Below are positions 28,997 through 38,973 of a DNA stretch of 64,000 bases, piece after piece. Numbering within the stretch: position 1 is the first letter of the stretch; the number at the start of each line of letters is the position of its first letter. The notes beneath the pieces were generated by a model, which worked only from the letters and a program-made list of their open reading frames with translations, searched no databases and was not told the origin of the DNA. Source of the stretch: Clostridia bacterium. Lineage in GTDB: Bacteria; Bacillota; Clostridia; TANB77; CAG-508. Location of the stretch: contig JAFUYJ010000023.1 of NCBI GenBank assembly GCA_017470645.1, forward strand, positions 34,767 to 98,766, read 5' to 3'. The position numbers and the translations under genes were made by a program.

Positions 28997-29025
28997 TTGA
29001 CATTATAGAACATATGTTCTATAAT
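28997..29025 (+). promoter_or_regulatory. Consensus sigma-A promoter of folD whose spacer is a 22-bp perfect palindrome with a GAACATATGTTC (LexA/Cheo-box-like) core
   Basis: TTGACA (28997-29002), 17 nt, TATAAT (29020-29025). The palindrome TTATAGAACAT|ATGTTCTATAA spans 29003-29024. Confidence 0.6.
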
Positions 29026-29066
29026 TATAAACAGTTAGAATAAATAATAAAAATGGAGGAATAACT

Positions 29067-29915
29067 ATGGCAGTATTAATTGATGGTAAAGAACTTGCAA
29101 AAAAAATCAGAATGGAGTTAAAAGATGAAGTTACTGAATTAAGGGCAAAAGAAATAAATCCAAAATTAGCCGTAATTATGGTTGGTGATGATAAAGCATC
29201 AAAAGTGTATGTAAAGAACAAAAGCAAGGCGTGTGAAGAAATAGGGATAGAGTATGAAGAATTTTTAATGGATTCAAATACAACTATGCAAGAATTATTA
29301 GATTTAATTGAAAATCTTAACAATAGAGAAGATATACATGGAATTCTCTTACAAAGTCCAATACCTAAGAATTTAGACATTAATCAAGCTTTTAACAAAA
29401 TAGATTTTAGAAAAGATGTTGATGGATTTCATCCAATCAATGTCGGAAAACTATCAATTGGAGAAGATTGCTTTATTTCATGCACTCCTTTTGGTGTTAC
29501 AAAAATGCTAGAGGAATACAATATTGATGTTCAAGGGAAAAATGTGGTAATAATTGGCAGAAGCAATATTGTTGGTAAACCACTAATTCAATGCATGTTA
29601 AAGAAAAATGGTACTGTTACCGTATGTCACTCTAAAACACAGAATATAAAAGAAATTACAAAGAATGCAGATATTCTAATTGCGGCACTTGGAAAAGCAA
29701 AATTTGTTACTGCAGATATGGTAAAAGAAGGGGCTGTTATCATAGATGTAGGAATAAATAGAAACGATGATGGAAAATTGGTTGGGGATGTTGATTTTGA
29801 AAATGTAAAAGAAAAGGCATCTTATATAACACCTGTGCCAGGAGGAGTTGGACCAATGACAATAGCAATGCTTATGACAAATGTAGTCAAAGCAGCTAAA
29901 AATTTAAACAAATAA
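29067..29915 (+). CDS. folD: Bifunctional methylenetetrahydrofolate dehydrogenase/cyclohydrolase
   Basis: LAVIMVGDDKASKVYVKNKSKACEEIGI, GILLQSPIP, DVDGFHPINVGKL, VVIIGRSNIVGKP, TPVPGGVGPMT. Confidence 0.92.
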   Translation: MAVLIDGKELAKKIRMELKDEVTELRAKEINPKLAVIMVGDDKASKVYVKNKSKACEEIGIEYEEFLMDSNTTMQELLDLIENLNNREDIHGILLQSPIPKNLDINQAFNKIDFRKDVDGFHPINVGKLSIGEDCFISCTPFGVTKMLEEYNIDVQGKNVVIIGRSNIVGKPLIQCMLKKNGTVTVCHSKTQNIKEITKNADILIAALGKAKFVTADMVKEGAVIIDVGINRNDDGKLVGDVDFENVKEKASYITPVPGGVGPMTIAMLMTNVVKAAKNLNK

Positions 29916-30030
29916 ATAAAATAATAGGGGGCTAAATTATAAATACAGCTCTCTTTTTATGTCGAAAAATGTCAAAAAAGAGGGAAAAGAGGAAAGGAGA
30001 GTATGATAAAAATATCATACAATAAAAAAG

Positions 30031-30900
30031 ATGGATAATAAGTATTGGATTTGGCTTTCAAGAATCAAAAAATTAACTAGTATAAAAAAAGAAATATTGT
30101 TAAAGAGGTTTAAATCTCCTAAAAATATTTGGGATTTAAGTAAAAATGATTTAACAAAAGTTAAAGAACTGAACATAGAAGAAATAAAAGAAATATTGAA
30201 TAAAAATTACAGAGAAAAGATAGAAATCTTTCAAGAATATTTAATTAAAAACGAAATAAACATTGTTACAATGTTTGATAAGCAATATCCTTATAATTTA
30301 AAAAATATATATGATAAACCAGTTATACTATTTACAAAAGGCAATTTAGAATTGCTGAATAAAAAAGGTGTTGCAATAGTTGGGTCACGAGAATGTACAT
30401 CATATGGAGAAAATATAGCTAGAAAGTTGGCCTATGATTTAGCAAAAAATAATATCTGTGTTATAAGTGGACTTGCAAGAGGAATAGATAAATATGCTCA
30501 CATAGGAGCACTGGAGGCAAAAGGAAACACAATTGCAGTTATAGGAAATGGATTGGATGTTGTATATCCATATGAAAATAAAAATTTATATGAACGAATT
30601 ATAGAAAATAATGGTCTAATAGTTACGGAATATATTGTAGGTACAAGACCTAATAAAATGAATTTTCCTGCTAGAAACAGAATAATAAGTGGTTTGTCGG
30701 ACGGAATTGTGGTGGTAGAAGCAAAAGAGAAAAGTGGAGCATTAATAACTGCTGATTTTGGCTTAGAACAAGGAAGAGAAATATATGCAGTTCCTGGGAA
30801 TATCAACGAAGAAAATTCGAAAGGGACAAATGAATTAATAAAACAAGGAGCAAATATACTAACAACCTATGAAGATATTCTTAAAACACATATATTTTGA
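30031..30900 (+). CDS. dprA: DNA processing protein DprA (Smf)
   Basis: VAIVGSRECTSYG, VISGLARGIDKYAH, TIAVIGNGLDVVYPYENK, FPARNRIISGLSDGIVVVEAKEKSGALITA. The ribosome-binding site is weak, so the start is less certain. Confidence 0.85.
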   Translation: MDNKYWIWLSRIKKLTSIKKEILLKRFKSPKNIWDLSKNDLTKVKELNIEEIKEILNKNYREKIEIFQEYLIKNEINIVTMFDKQYPYNLKNIYDKPVILFTKGNLELLNKKGVAIVGSRECTSYGENIARKLAYDLAKNNICVISGLARGIDKYAHIGALEAKGNTIAVIGNGLDVVYPYENKNLYERIIENNGLIVTEYIVGTRPNKMNFPARNRIISGLSDGIVVVEAKEKSGALITADFGLEQGREIYAVPGNINEENSKGTNELIKQGANILTTYEDILKTHIF

Positions 30901-31013
30901 AAGTTTTAACAATTATAATAAAAATTAAAAAAAGGCTTTTATTTTTTGTGTTTTTGTAATATAATAAATGAGTAAGTTTGACTAAAATATTTAGTTGGAA
31001 AAGGAGTAATAAA

Positions 31014-33761
31014 ATGAATAGTAGAATAAATAATAAAAAAGGAAAAACAAATTTTGGAAAAACTACAAAAAAAACTACTAACAGACAACGTATAACAAAA
31101 GGACAGTATTCTACAAATAGTAATGGACCAATAAGAAAGCCCATAAAAAAGAAAAAAATTAAGACGGAGAAGAAAAATCATTCTAAATTAAAGAAGGGAA
31201 TTCTTATTGCAGTAATAATATTGCTTTTATTAGTATTAATAGCTTTAGGAGTTTTTGTAGGAATATTCTTTAGTGATAAATTTGCATTAACGAAGGAAGA
31301 TTTGTTAATAGGTACTTCAAATACAATAATATATGATTCTGAAGGTAATGTAATAGCAGAATTATCTGGAAAAGAAAATAGAAAAATAATAAGTATAGAT
31401 GAGATGAGTAGCTATTTACCAAATGCATTTGTTGCTATAGAAGATGAGAGATTTTATCAACATAAAGGTGTAGATATAAAAAGAACTACAGCTGCAACTT
31501 TTACATATTTGACACATTCAGGTTCATCAAATTTTGGTGGAAGTACTATAACTCAACAATTAGTTAAAAATATAACTAATGAGAAGGAAAGCAGCGGTAA
31601 AGAAGGTATGCAAAGAAAAATAAGAGAAATGTCAAGGGCATACCAAATTGAAAAAATGATTGATAAAAAGCAAATACTAGAATTGTATTTGAATTTGATA
31701 CCTCTAGCATCAAGTGGTGGCGATATATGTGGTGTAGAAGTAGCTTCAATGTATTATTTTAATAAATCAGCAAGAGATTTATCAATTGAAGAATGTGCTT
31801 TTTTAGCTGGTGTTACACACAGCCCAAGTCAATATAATCCTTATAAAGAAAATCCTAATACAGAGAGAATTAATTCAAGAACTAAAACAGTTTTAGGAAA
31901 GATGAAAGAATTAGGATTTATAAATGATGAAGAGTATAATACAGCTATTGCAAAAGTAGATGAAGGATTGAAATTTGAAAAAGGTGAGCTACCATCATCA
32001 ACAATTAAAGACTATTATATTTCAGCTGCTGTTGAAGAAGTAGTAAAAGATTTAGTTGAGCAAAAAGGAATGTCTGAAGAATATGCAAGAAGCCGTATAT
32101 ATGGCGGTGGATTAAAAATATATACTGCACAAGTAAAATCAATTCAAGATACAGTTCAAAATGAATACAGAACAGATACATATATAAGACCAGCAACTAC
32201 AGAAAAAGGAGTTGCAGCAGGTGCTCATACACAATCAGCAATGGTAATAATAGATCATAAAACTGGAAGAGTAGTTGGATGTATGGGAGGTTACGGTACA
32301 GACGTAGATGCAATTGGAATAAACAGAATAAACAGTATACGTCAACCAGGTTCATCAATAAAACCTATAGGTGTATATGGAGCCGCTATTGAAAAAGGAA
32401 TAATAAATGCATCAACAATATATGACAATACTTATCCAACAACTTTTGGAACGGACTACAAGCCTAAAAATGCATCAAATCAAAAAACAGGTTTGTGTAC
32501 GGTAAGAGATGCATTAGAAGTATCATCTAACATTGTTGCATGTAAGGTTATGAGTGAATTGGGTCCAGATAATTCAATAGATTTCATGAGAAGTATGGGT
32601 ATAACTTCTTTAGTAAAAGCTTCAGAATCAACAACCGGAGTTAGTGATTCAAATATTTCACTTGCCTTAGGTACTGCAAGTATAAGCCCATTACAAATGG
32701 CAGGAGCATATGCTACAATTGCAAATGATGGTGTTTATATTGAACCAACTTTCTATACAAAAGTAGAAGATTCATCAGGAAACATTTTAATTGAGTCAAA
32801 ACAAGAAACAAGAAGAGTATTTTCAGAAGGAAATGCATTCATAATGAAAAGCTTGTTAAAGCAACCAGTTGAAGGTTCACAAGGTACAGCAAGAATGTGT
32901 AAAATGGACAATATAGACGTTGGAGCTAAAACAGGTACAACACAGGAACAAAAAGATGTGTGGTTATGTGGATTTACACCATACTATACAGCATCAACTT
33001 GGTTTGGATATGATGAGCCAGAACAAGTAAACACATATGGTGGAAGCCCTGCATCATTAATCTGGGCAAGTGTTATGAAAAATATACACCAAAATTTGGA
33101 AGGAAAGAAATTTGATCAACCAGGTAATGTTGTAAAAGCAAATGTATGTAGAACATCTGGAAAATGTGCAACAAGTGCATGTAAAGATACTTATGAAGAA
33201 TACTTTGTAGAAGGTGCGGTCCCAGGAAAATGTGAAGGTCATAATTCATTCAAAATATGTTCAGAATCTAAGAAATTAGCTACTGAATACTGTGAACATA
33301 CTGAAACAGCATATGGAACAGTAATGCCAGAAAAAGAAGCAAGTGGAAAATGGAAAACAGAAAGTGGAAATAAATATTCTGTTATAACTGAAAAATGTGA
33401 TATTCATACAGCAGAAACTAAGAAAGAAGAAGAAAAAGAAGATGAAACTAAAGTTACAGTTACAGATAATAAAAAGAATGATAATAGTGACATAACAGTT
33501 CAAAATGTTGTAGGAATGTCTGAAACAGCAGCAAAATCTGCATTAAACGGATTAAACGTATCTGTAGTATACAAAACAGATAACAAAAATGATGGAAAAG
33601 TAATTTCTCAAAGTATAAAAGCAAAAACAGTAGTGGCAAAAAATGCAAAAATAACCATTTATGTTGGTAAAAAGGAAGATAAGAAAGATGCTCCTGCTCA
33701 AACAACAACTAAGAAAGAGGAAAAGGAAGAAGAAAAATCTGAAAATAAAGCAACAAATTAA
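31014..33761 (+). CDS. Class A penicillin-binding protein (transglycosylase + transpeptidase) with a Cys-rich insert and a C-terminal PASTA-like domain
   Basis: GT51 motifs (AFVAIEDERFYQHKGVD, GGSTITQQLVKN). Transpeptidase motifs (QPGSSIKP, SSN, KTGT). C-terminal VVGMSETAAKSALNGLN...KITIYVG. Start at ATG 31014 after AAAGGAG. Confidence 0.85.
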   Translation: MNSRINNKKGKTNFGKTTKKTTNRQRITKGQYSTNSNGPIRKPIKKKKIKTEKKNHSKLKKGILIAVIILLLLVLIALGVFVGIFFSDKFALTKEDLLIGTSNTIIYDSEGNVIAELSGKENRKIISIDEMSSYLPNAFVAIEDERFYQHKGVDIKRTTAATFTYLTHSGSSNFGGSTITQQLVKNITNEKESSGKEGMQRKIREMSRAYQIEKMIDKKQILELYLNLIPLASSGGDICGVEVASMYYFNKSARDLSIEECAFLAGVTHSPSQYNPYKENPNTERINSRTKTVLGKMKELGFINDEEYNTAIAKVDEGLKFEKGELPSSTIKDYYISAAVEEVVKDLVEQKGMSEEYARSRIYGGGLKIYTAQVKSIQDTVQNEYRTDTYIRPATTEKGVAAGAHTQSAMVIIDHKTGRVVGCMGGYGTDVDAIGINRINSIRQPGSSIKPIGVYGAAIEKGIINASTIYDNTYPTTFGTDYKPKNASNQKTGLCTVRDALEVSSNIVACKVMSELGPDNSIDFMRSMGITSLVKASESTTGVSDSNISLALGTASISPLQMAGAYATIANDGVYIEPTFYTKVEDSSGNILIESKQETRRVFSEGNAFIMKSLLKQPVEGSQGTARMCKMDNIDVGAKTGTTQEQKDVWLCGFTPYYTASTWFGYDEPEQVNTYGGSPASLIWASVMKNIHQNLEGKKFDQPGNVVKANVCRTSGKCATSACKDTYEEYFVEGAVPGKCEGHNSFKICSESKKLATEYCEHTETAYGTVMPEKEASGKWKTESGNKYSVITEKCDIHTAETKKEEEKEDETKVTVTDNKKNDNSDITVQNVVGMSETAAKSALNGLNVSVVYKTDNKNDGKVISQSIKAKTVVAKNAKITIYVGKKEDKKDAPAQTTTKKEEKEEEKSENKATN

Positions 33762-33816
33762 AAAACGGTATAATATTCAAAATGATGAAGAAAATAATAC
33801 AAAAGGAGAAAAGTAG

Positions 33817-35619
33817 ATGAGCTCAAAGAAAAATGATAAGAATAAAAAAAGTAATATTACTTTAATTATAACAATCATAGCTATATTAGTTCTTACTATA
33901 GTTGGAATACTATTTTATATGAACTATAACAAAAAAGACAAAAACAAAGATTTTGCTTATACTGAGTTATTAACAAGTATAAATGATGGTACAGTTGAAA
34001 AAATAGAAATGACAGAAGGTAGCGATACAGCAAAAATTAAACTTGTAAACGAAGAAAAAGAAAAGCGAGTGTTAATACCAAGTGTAGATTCATTCATTGA
34101 TTTAGTACAAGAAAAAGTTAATAGTGGAAGCAATATTCAATTAATACAAAAACAAAGAAATATTTTTGTTATGATATTAAGAACATTGTTTTCTTTCTTA
34201 CCAACAATAATATTAGTAGTTTTGGTATTAATGATATTCAAAATGCAAGGTTTAGGTGAAAAAGGAAAAGTATATGATTCAGAAACCCAAAAAACAAAAA
34301 TAAAATTTGATGATGTAGCAGGATTAGATGAAGAAAAACAAGAAATGATAGAAATAGTGGATTTCTTAAAACATCCTAAAAAGTTTACAGAAATGGGTGC
34401 GAAAGTTCCTCGTGGAGTACTATTATGTGGTAATCCAGGAACAGGAAAAACATTAATAGCTAAGGCAATTGCAGGTGAAGCAAATGTACCATTTATTTCA
34501 ATGAGTGGTTCTGAATTCATTGAAATGTTTGCAGGACTTGGTGCTTCAAGAGTAAGAAAGTTATTTGAAAAAGCAAGAAAGGTTTCACCTTGTATAGTAT
34601 TTATAGATGAAATTGATGCAATAGGATCAAGAAGAACATCTTCAAGTGGTGCTGAAACTGAAAACAATCAAACGCTAAATCAATTGCTAGTTGAAATGGA
34701 TGGGTTTGATACAGAAGAAAATATTATAGTTTTAGCTGCAACAAACAGACCTGAAATGTTAGATAAAGCTTTATTACGTCCAGGAAGATTTGATAGACAA
34801 ATAACAGTTGGATTACCAGATTTAAATGGAAGAGAAGCAATACTAAAAATTCATGCAAAGGGTAAAAAGTTTGCACAAGATGTTAGCTTAAGAAATATAG
34901 CTGAAGATACAGCTGGGTTTACAGGAGCTGAACTTGCAAATATTTTAAACGAAGCTGCAATAATTGCAACAATAAGAGAACGAGAAAGTATAACCAATAA
35001 AGATATAGAGGATGCTCTTAAGAAAGTAACAGTTGGACTAGAAAAACATAATAGAGTAATATCTGAAAAAGATAAAAAGAGAACTGCAGTTCATGAAGCA
35101 GGACATGCCATAGTAAGTTATTTCTTACAAACACAAAAAGATATTAAGGAAATCTCTATAATACCAAGAGGTATGGCTGGTGGATATACTATGTATAAAA
35201 CAAACGAAGATAAAGCATATATATCTAAAACAGAAATGGAAGAAAAACTTATAGCCTTAATGGGTGGACGTGCAGCTGAAAAACTTGCTTTAAAAGATAT
35301 TTCAACAGGTGCAAGTAATGACTTAGAAGTTGCTAACGAAATTGCTAAAAATATGGTAACTTTGTATGGTATGAGTGATTCAATTGGTCCAATTCATGTT
35401 AATTTAGAGAAAGATCCATATCAATTACAATTACTAGGAGATAAATATGCAGATGTAATTGGAAATGAAATAAAAGCTCTTGTTAACGATGCTGATTTTA
35501 AAGCTCAAACAATTTTAGCAAATCATATGGATGCATTAGAAGTTATTTCAAATGAACTTCTAGCTAAAGAAGTTATAACATCAGAAAGATTCGAAGAATT
35601 AATGGAAAATGTAAAATAA
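33817..35619 (+). CDS. ftsH: ATP-dependent zinc metalloprotease FtsH
   Basis: GNPGTGKTLIAKAIAGEA, IVFIDEIDAIG, the AAA second region of homology, and HEAGHA zinc site. Confidence 0.92.
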   Translation: MSSKKNDKNKKSNITLIITIIAILVLTIVGILFYMNYNKKDKNKDFAYTELLTSINDGTVEKIEMTEGSDTAKIKLVNEEKEKRVLIPSVDSFIDLVQEKVNSGSNIQLIQKQRNIFVMILRTLFSFLPTIILVVLVLMIFKMQGLGEKGKVYDSETQKTKIKFDDVAGLDEEKQEMIEIVDFLKHPKKFTEMGAKVPRGVLLCGNPGTGKTLIAKAIAGEANVPFISMSGSEFIEMFAGLGASRVRKLFEKARKVSPCIVFIDEIDAIGSRRTSSSGAETENNQTLNQLLVEMDGFDTEENIIVLAATNRPEMLDKALLRPGRFDRQITVGLPDLNGREAILKIHAKGKKFAQDVSLRNIAEDTAGFTGAELANILNEAAIIATIRERESITNKDIEDALKKVTVGLEKHNRVISEKDKKRTAVHEAGHAIVSYFLQTQKDIKEISIIPRGMAGGYTMYKTNEDKAYISKTEMEEKLIALMGGRAAEKLALKDISTGASNDLEVANEIAKNMVTLYGMSDSIGPIHVNLEKDPYQLQLLGDKYADVIGNEIKALVNDADFKAQTILANHMDALEVISNELLAKEVITSERFEELMENVK

Positions 35620-35645
35620 ATTCGTGAAAATATGTAATTTAGTAC

Positions 35646-35674
35646 TTGAAAAGTATAAAAAAAAGTGCTATTAT
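35646..35674 (+). promoter_or_regulatory. Sigma-A promoter of the ileS leader
   Basis: TTGAAA, 17 nt, TATTAT. Confidence 0.5.
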
Positions 35675-35719
35675 GTAGATATTGATAAACATAAAAACTA
35701 TGTAAAGGACAACACAAAT

Positions 35720-35992
35720 AATGTAAAACTAATAGAGAGCTAGAGGGTGGTGGAATTCTAGCAAGAGAATAAATTATTTGTTATCACCTTTAGCGTTGTT
35801 TGGCTGAAAGTTAGAAAGCTAGTAAGCTGAATCGTATTCTTGCGTTAAAAGAAATTAAGTGAAAAGATAAAACGCATTTTATATAAACTGTATTTGAAAT
35901 TATATAAAAGGTAAAATATCTTTTAAAATAGGTGGTACCGCGGATTATAAAGCTATTCGTCCTAAATGTTTTAGGATGAATAGCTTTTTTGA
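35720..35992 (+). promoter_or_regulatory. T-box riboswitch leader of ileS
   Basis: AGAGAG box near 35733. Conserved T-box sequence GGTGGTACCGCG at 35931-35942. Terminator AAAGCTATTCGTCCTAA / TTAGGATGAATAGCTTTTTT at 35949-35990. A candidate AUC specifier lies in GCTGAATCGTA. Confidence 0.75.
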
Positions 35993-36053
35993 TATAAAAA
36001 TGTGAAGTCCTGAAACAAAGCAAATAAAATATGAATGATTGGAGAGATGAAAA

Positions 36054-38804
36054 ATGAGTGAAGAGAAGAAAGATTATGGTAAAACACTTAATTTGCCAAA
36101 AACAGATTTTCCAATGAGGGGAAATCTACCAGAAAATGAACCACATATATTTGATGAAGTTTTTAAAAATGGTTTATATGAAAAAATGTTAAAGAAAAAT
36201 GAAGGAAAAGAACCTTTTGTTTTACATGATGGACCTCCATATGCTAATGGTGAAATTCATGTTGGTCACGCTTTAAATAAAGTCTTAAAAGACACTATTG
36301 TTAGATATAAAAACTTGAAAGGATATTATACTCCATTTATTCCTGGTTTTGATACACATGGTATGCCAACTGAGAAAAAAGCAATTGAAAAGCTAGGATT
36401 AAATAGAGATGAAATTCCAGTTTCTCAATTTAGAGATACATGTAAAGAATTTACTCAAAATTATAAAGATGTACAAATTGAAGGATTTAAACGTTTAGGA
36501 GTATTAGCAGATTGGGAAAATCCATATATTACATACCAACCACAAATGGAAGCTAAACAATTAGAAGTCTTTGGTGAAATGTATAAAAGAGGTTACATTT
36601 ACAAAGGTTTGAAACCTGTTTACTGGTGTACAGATTGTGAAACAGCCTTAGCTGAAGCTGAAATTGAATATAAAGATGTTAATTCAAATACTGCATATGT
36701 AAAATTCCCTGTAGTTGAAGGAAATGGCTTATTTGATGAAAGAGACGTATTTTTTGTTATCTGGACAACAACTCCATGGACATTACCAGGAAATGTTGCA
36801 ATAACAATATCTCCTGATTTTGAATATAGTTTAGTAGAAGCAAACGGAGAAAAATTAATTATAGCTACAGATTTAGTAGATAAAGTTATGAAAATTGCTG
36901 AAATAAATGATTATACAACAATTAAAGCTTTTAAAGGAAATGAATTAGAAGGTGTAAGATGTAGACATCCATTTTTACCAAGAGAATCAAAAGTAGTTCT
37001 TGGAAGTGACGACACAATTTTAGTCGAGTTAGATACTGGTACAGGTGCAGTTCATACAGCTCCTGGATATGGTAAAGAAGATTATTTATGTGGATTAAAA
37101 AATAACCTTGATATCATTGTTACTGTAGATAGCAAGGGACATCAAACAGAAGAAGCTGGTCCATTTGCTGGAATGTATTATGCTAAATCTGATAAAGAGA
37201 TTATAAAATGGTTGGAAGAACATGATTTATTATTAGCAAAACAAACTATAAACCACTCATATCCACATTGTTGGAGATGTAAACATCCAATTATATTCAG
37301 AGCTACAAGTCAATGGTTTGCCTCTGTTGATGGATTTAGAAAACAAGCATTAGAAGCAATAAAAACTGTTAAGTGGTATCCAGCTTGGGGTGAAGAAAGA
37401 ATCACAAAAATGATTGAAGATAGAAATGATTGGTGTATTTCTCGTCAAAGAACATGGGGAGTTCCACTTCCAATATTCTATTGCAAAGATTGTGAAAAAG
37501 AATATGTTACTGCGGAAAGTTTAGCAAAAGTTCAAAACATAGTTAAAGAGAAAGGAACAAATGCATGGTTTGACATGGATGTTAAAGATTTAATGCCAGA
37601 AGGTGCTAAATGTTCTGAATGTGGATGTACGGAATTTACAAAAGAAACAGACATAATGGATGTTTGGTTCGATTCAGGTTCAACACATGAATCAGTTTTA
37701 GCTGAAAGAAACTTACCCGAAGCAAATCTATATTTAGAAGGAAGTGACCAATATAGAGGATGGTTCCAATCTTCATTATTAACATCTGTTGCTACAAAAA
37801 ATAAAGCACCTTACAAAGAGGTTGTAACACATGGATATGTTGTCGATGAACAAGGAAGAAAAATGTCAAAGAGTCTTGGAAATGGTATAGATCCAATTCA
37901 GATGTGTAATGAGTTAGGTGCTGACATTCTAAGATTATGGGCTTTATCATCAGATTATACTTCAGATGTAAGTATTTCAAAAGGAATTTTGAAACAAGTT
38001 GCAGAAGTATACAGAAAAATACGTAATACAGCAAGATTTATTCTAGGTAATATCGATGGATTAGATGTTAATTCATTAACTCCATATGAAGACTTAGAAG
38101 AAATTGATAAATTTGCATTAATTAAATTAAACAAATTAATTGCAGATTGTTCAAAAGCATATGAAGAATATGATTTTAATAAAGCATATCAAACAATTAA
38201 TACATTCTGTGTTGTAGATATGAGTAATTTCTATCTAGATATTATAAAAGATAGATTATACACATCAAAACCAGATTCAAAAGAAAGAAAATCTGCTCAA
38301 ACAGCAATGTATTTAATACTAGATGCTTTAGTTAAAATATTAGCTCCAATGACATGCTTCACAGCTGAAGAGATTTGGAAATATATGCCTCACACAGAAA
38401 ATGAAAATGTAGAAAGTGTAATGCTAACATATTATCCAGAGGTTAATAGCAAATATGAAAATAAAGAATTAGAAGCTAAATGGAATAAAATTATAGATTT
38501 AAAAGAAAATGTTGCTAAAAAACTTGAAGAAGCAAGAGCTGCAAAAGTTATAGGTCATTCATTAAATGCTAAAGTTATAATTTCAGCAGAAGGAGCAGAG
38601 TATGATTTCTTAAAAGAAAATGAAGAACTATTAATGACAGTATTTATAGTTTCAGGATTAGAAATTGTTCAAGGAGCTTCAGATATAAAAGTTGAAGTTG
38701 CAGATGGTGAAAAATGTGAGAGATGTTGGATGTATTCTACAACAGTTGGTGAAGACAAGGAAAATCCTACAATTTGTCATAGATGTAGTGAAAATTTAAA
38801 ATAA
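36054..38804 (+). CDS. ileS: Isoleucyl-tRNA synthetase
   Basis: PPYANGEIHVGHALNK (HIGH), KMSKSLGN (KMSKS), and a C-terminal zinc-finger CERCW...CHRC. Confidence 0.97.
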   Translation: MSEEKKDYGKTLNLPKTDFPMRGNLPENEPHIFDEVFKNGLYEKMLKKNEGKEPFVLHDGPPYANGEIHVGHALNKVLKDTIVRYKNLKGYYTPFIPGFDTHGMPTEKKAIEKLGLNRDEIPVSQFRDTCKEFTQNYKDVQIEGFKRLGVLADWENPYITYQPQMEAKQLEVFGEMYKRGYIYKGLKPVYWCTDCETALAEAEIEYKDVNSNTAYVKFPVVEGNGLFDERDVFFVIWTTTPWTLPGNVAITISPDFEYSLVEANGEKLIIATDLVDKVMKIAEINDYTTIKAFKGNELEGVRCRHPFLPRESKVVLGSDDTILVELDTGTGAVHTAPGYGKEDYLCGLKNNLDIIVTVDSKGHQTEEAGPFAGMYYAKSDKEIIKWLEEHDLLLAKQTINHSYPHCWRCKHPIIFRATSQWFASVDGFRKQALEAIKTVKWYPAWGEERITKMIEDRNDWCISRQRTWGVPLPIFYCKDCEKEYVTAESLAKVQNIVKEKGTNAWFDMDVKDLMPEGAKCSECGCTEFTKETDIMDVWFDSGSTHESVLAERNLPEANLYLEGSDQYRGWFQSSLLTSVATKNKAPYKEVVTHGYVVDEQGRKMSKSLGNGIDPIQMCNELGADILRLWALSSDYTSDVSISKGILKQVAEVYRKIRNTARFILGNIDGLDVNSLTPYEDLEEIDKFALIKLNKLIADCSKAYEEYDFNKAYQTINTFCVVDMSNFYLDIIKDRLYTSKPDSKERKSAQTAMYLILDALVKILAPMTCFTAEEIWKYMPHTENENVESVMLTYYPEVNSKYENKELEAKWNKIIDLKENVAKKLEEARAAKVIGHSLNAKVIISAEGAEYDFLKENEELLMTVFIVSGLEIVQGASDIKVEVADGEKCERCWMYSTTVGEDKENPTICHRCSENLK

Positions 38805-38822
38805 CTTTAAATTTTGAAAAAG

Positions 38823-38894
38823 AGAAACTTTTGGGGACACTGACAAAAAGTATCAAACTTTTGAAACTTTTTGTCAGTGTCCCCAAAAGTTTCT
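38823..38894. repeat. Family-B palindromic intergenic repeat (complete copy) with 29-bp perfect arms
   Basis: AGAAACTTTTGGGGACACTGACAAAAAGT (38823-38851), 14-nt loop, ACTTTTTGTCAGTGTCCCCAAAAGTTTCT (38866-38894). Confidence 0.9.
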
Positions 38895-38973
38895 TATCCT
38901 TAATTTTAAACATGTTGATTTTTGTCTTATTTTTTAGTATAATATAACGAGTTATGAAAGGAAAGGAAATAAA

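Noticed and set aside
34137-34667. A 176-aa ORF antisense to ftsH. Similar long antisense ORFs occur at 17163-17603, 49513-50001, 50008-50388, 50449-50922, 53273-53671, 54775-55140, 56756-57133, 59478-59858 and 62625-62963.
   Set aside because: Each lies fully inside a well-supported gene on the other strand. They lack ribosome-binding sites and encode low-complexity I/F/S/L-rich peptides. These are shadow ORFs of the kind codon-biased coding regions often leave open on the opposite strand.
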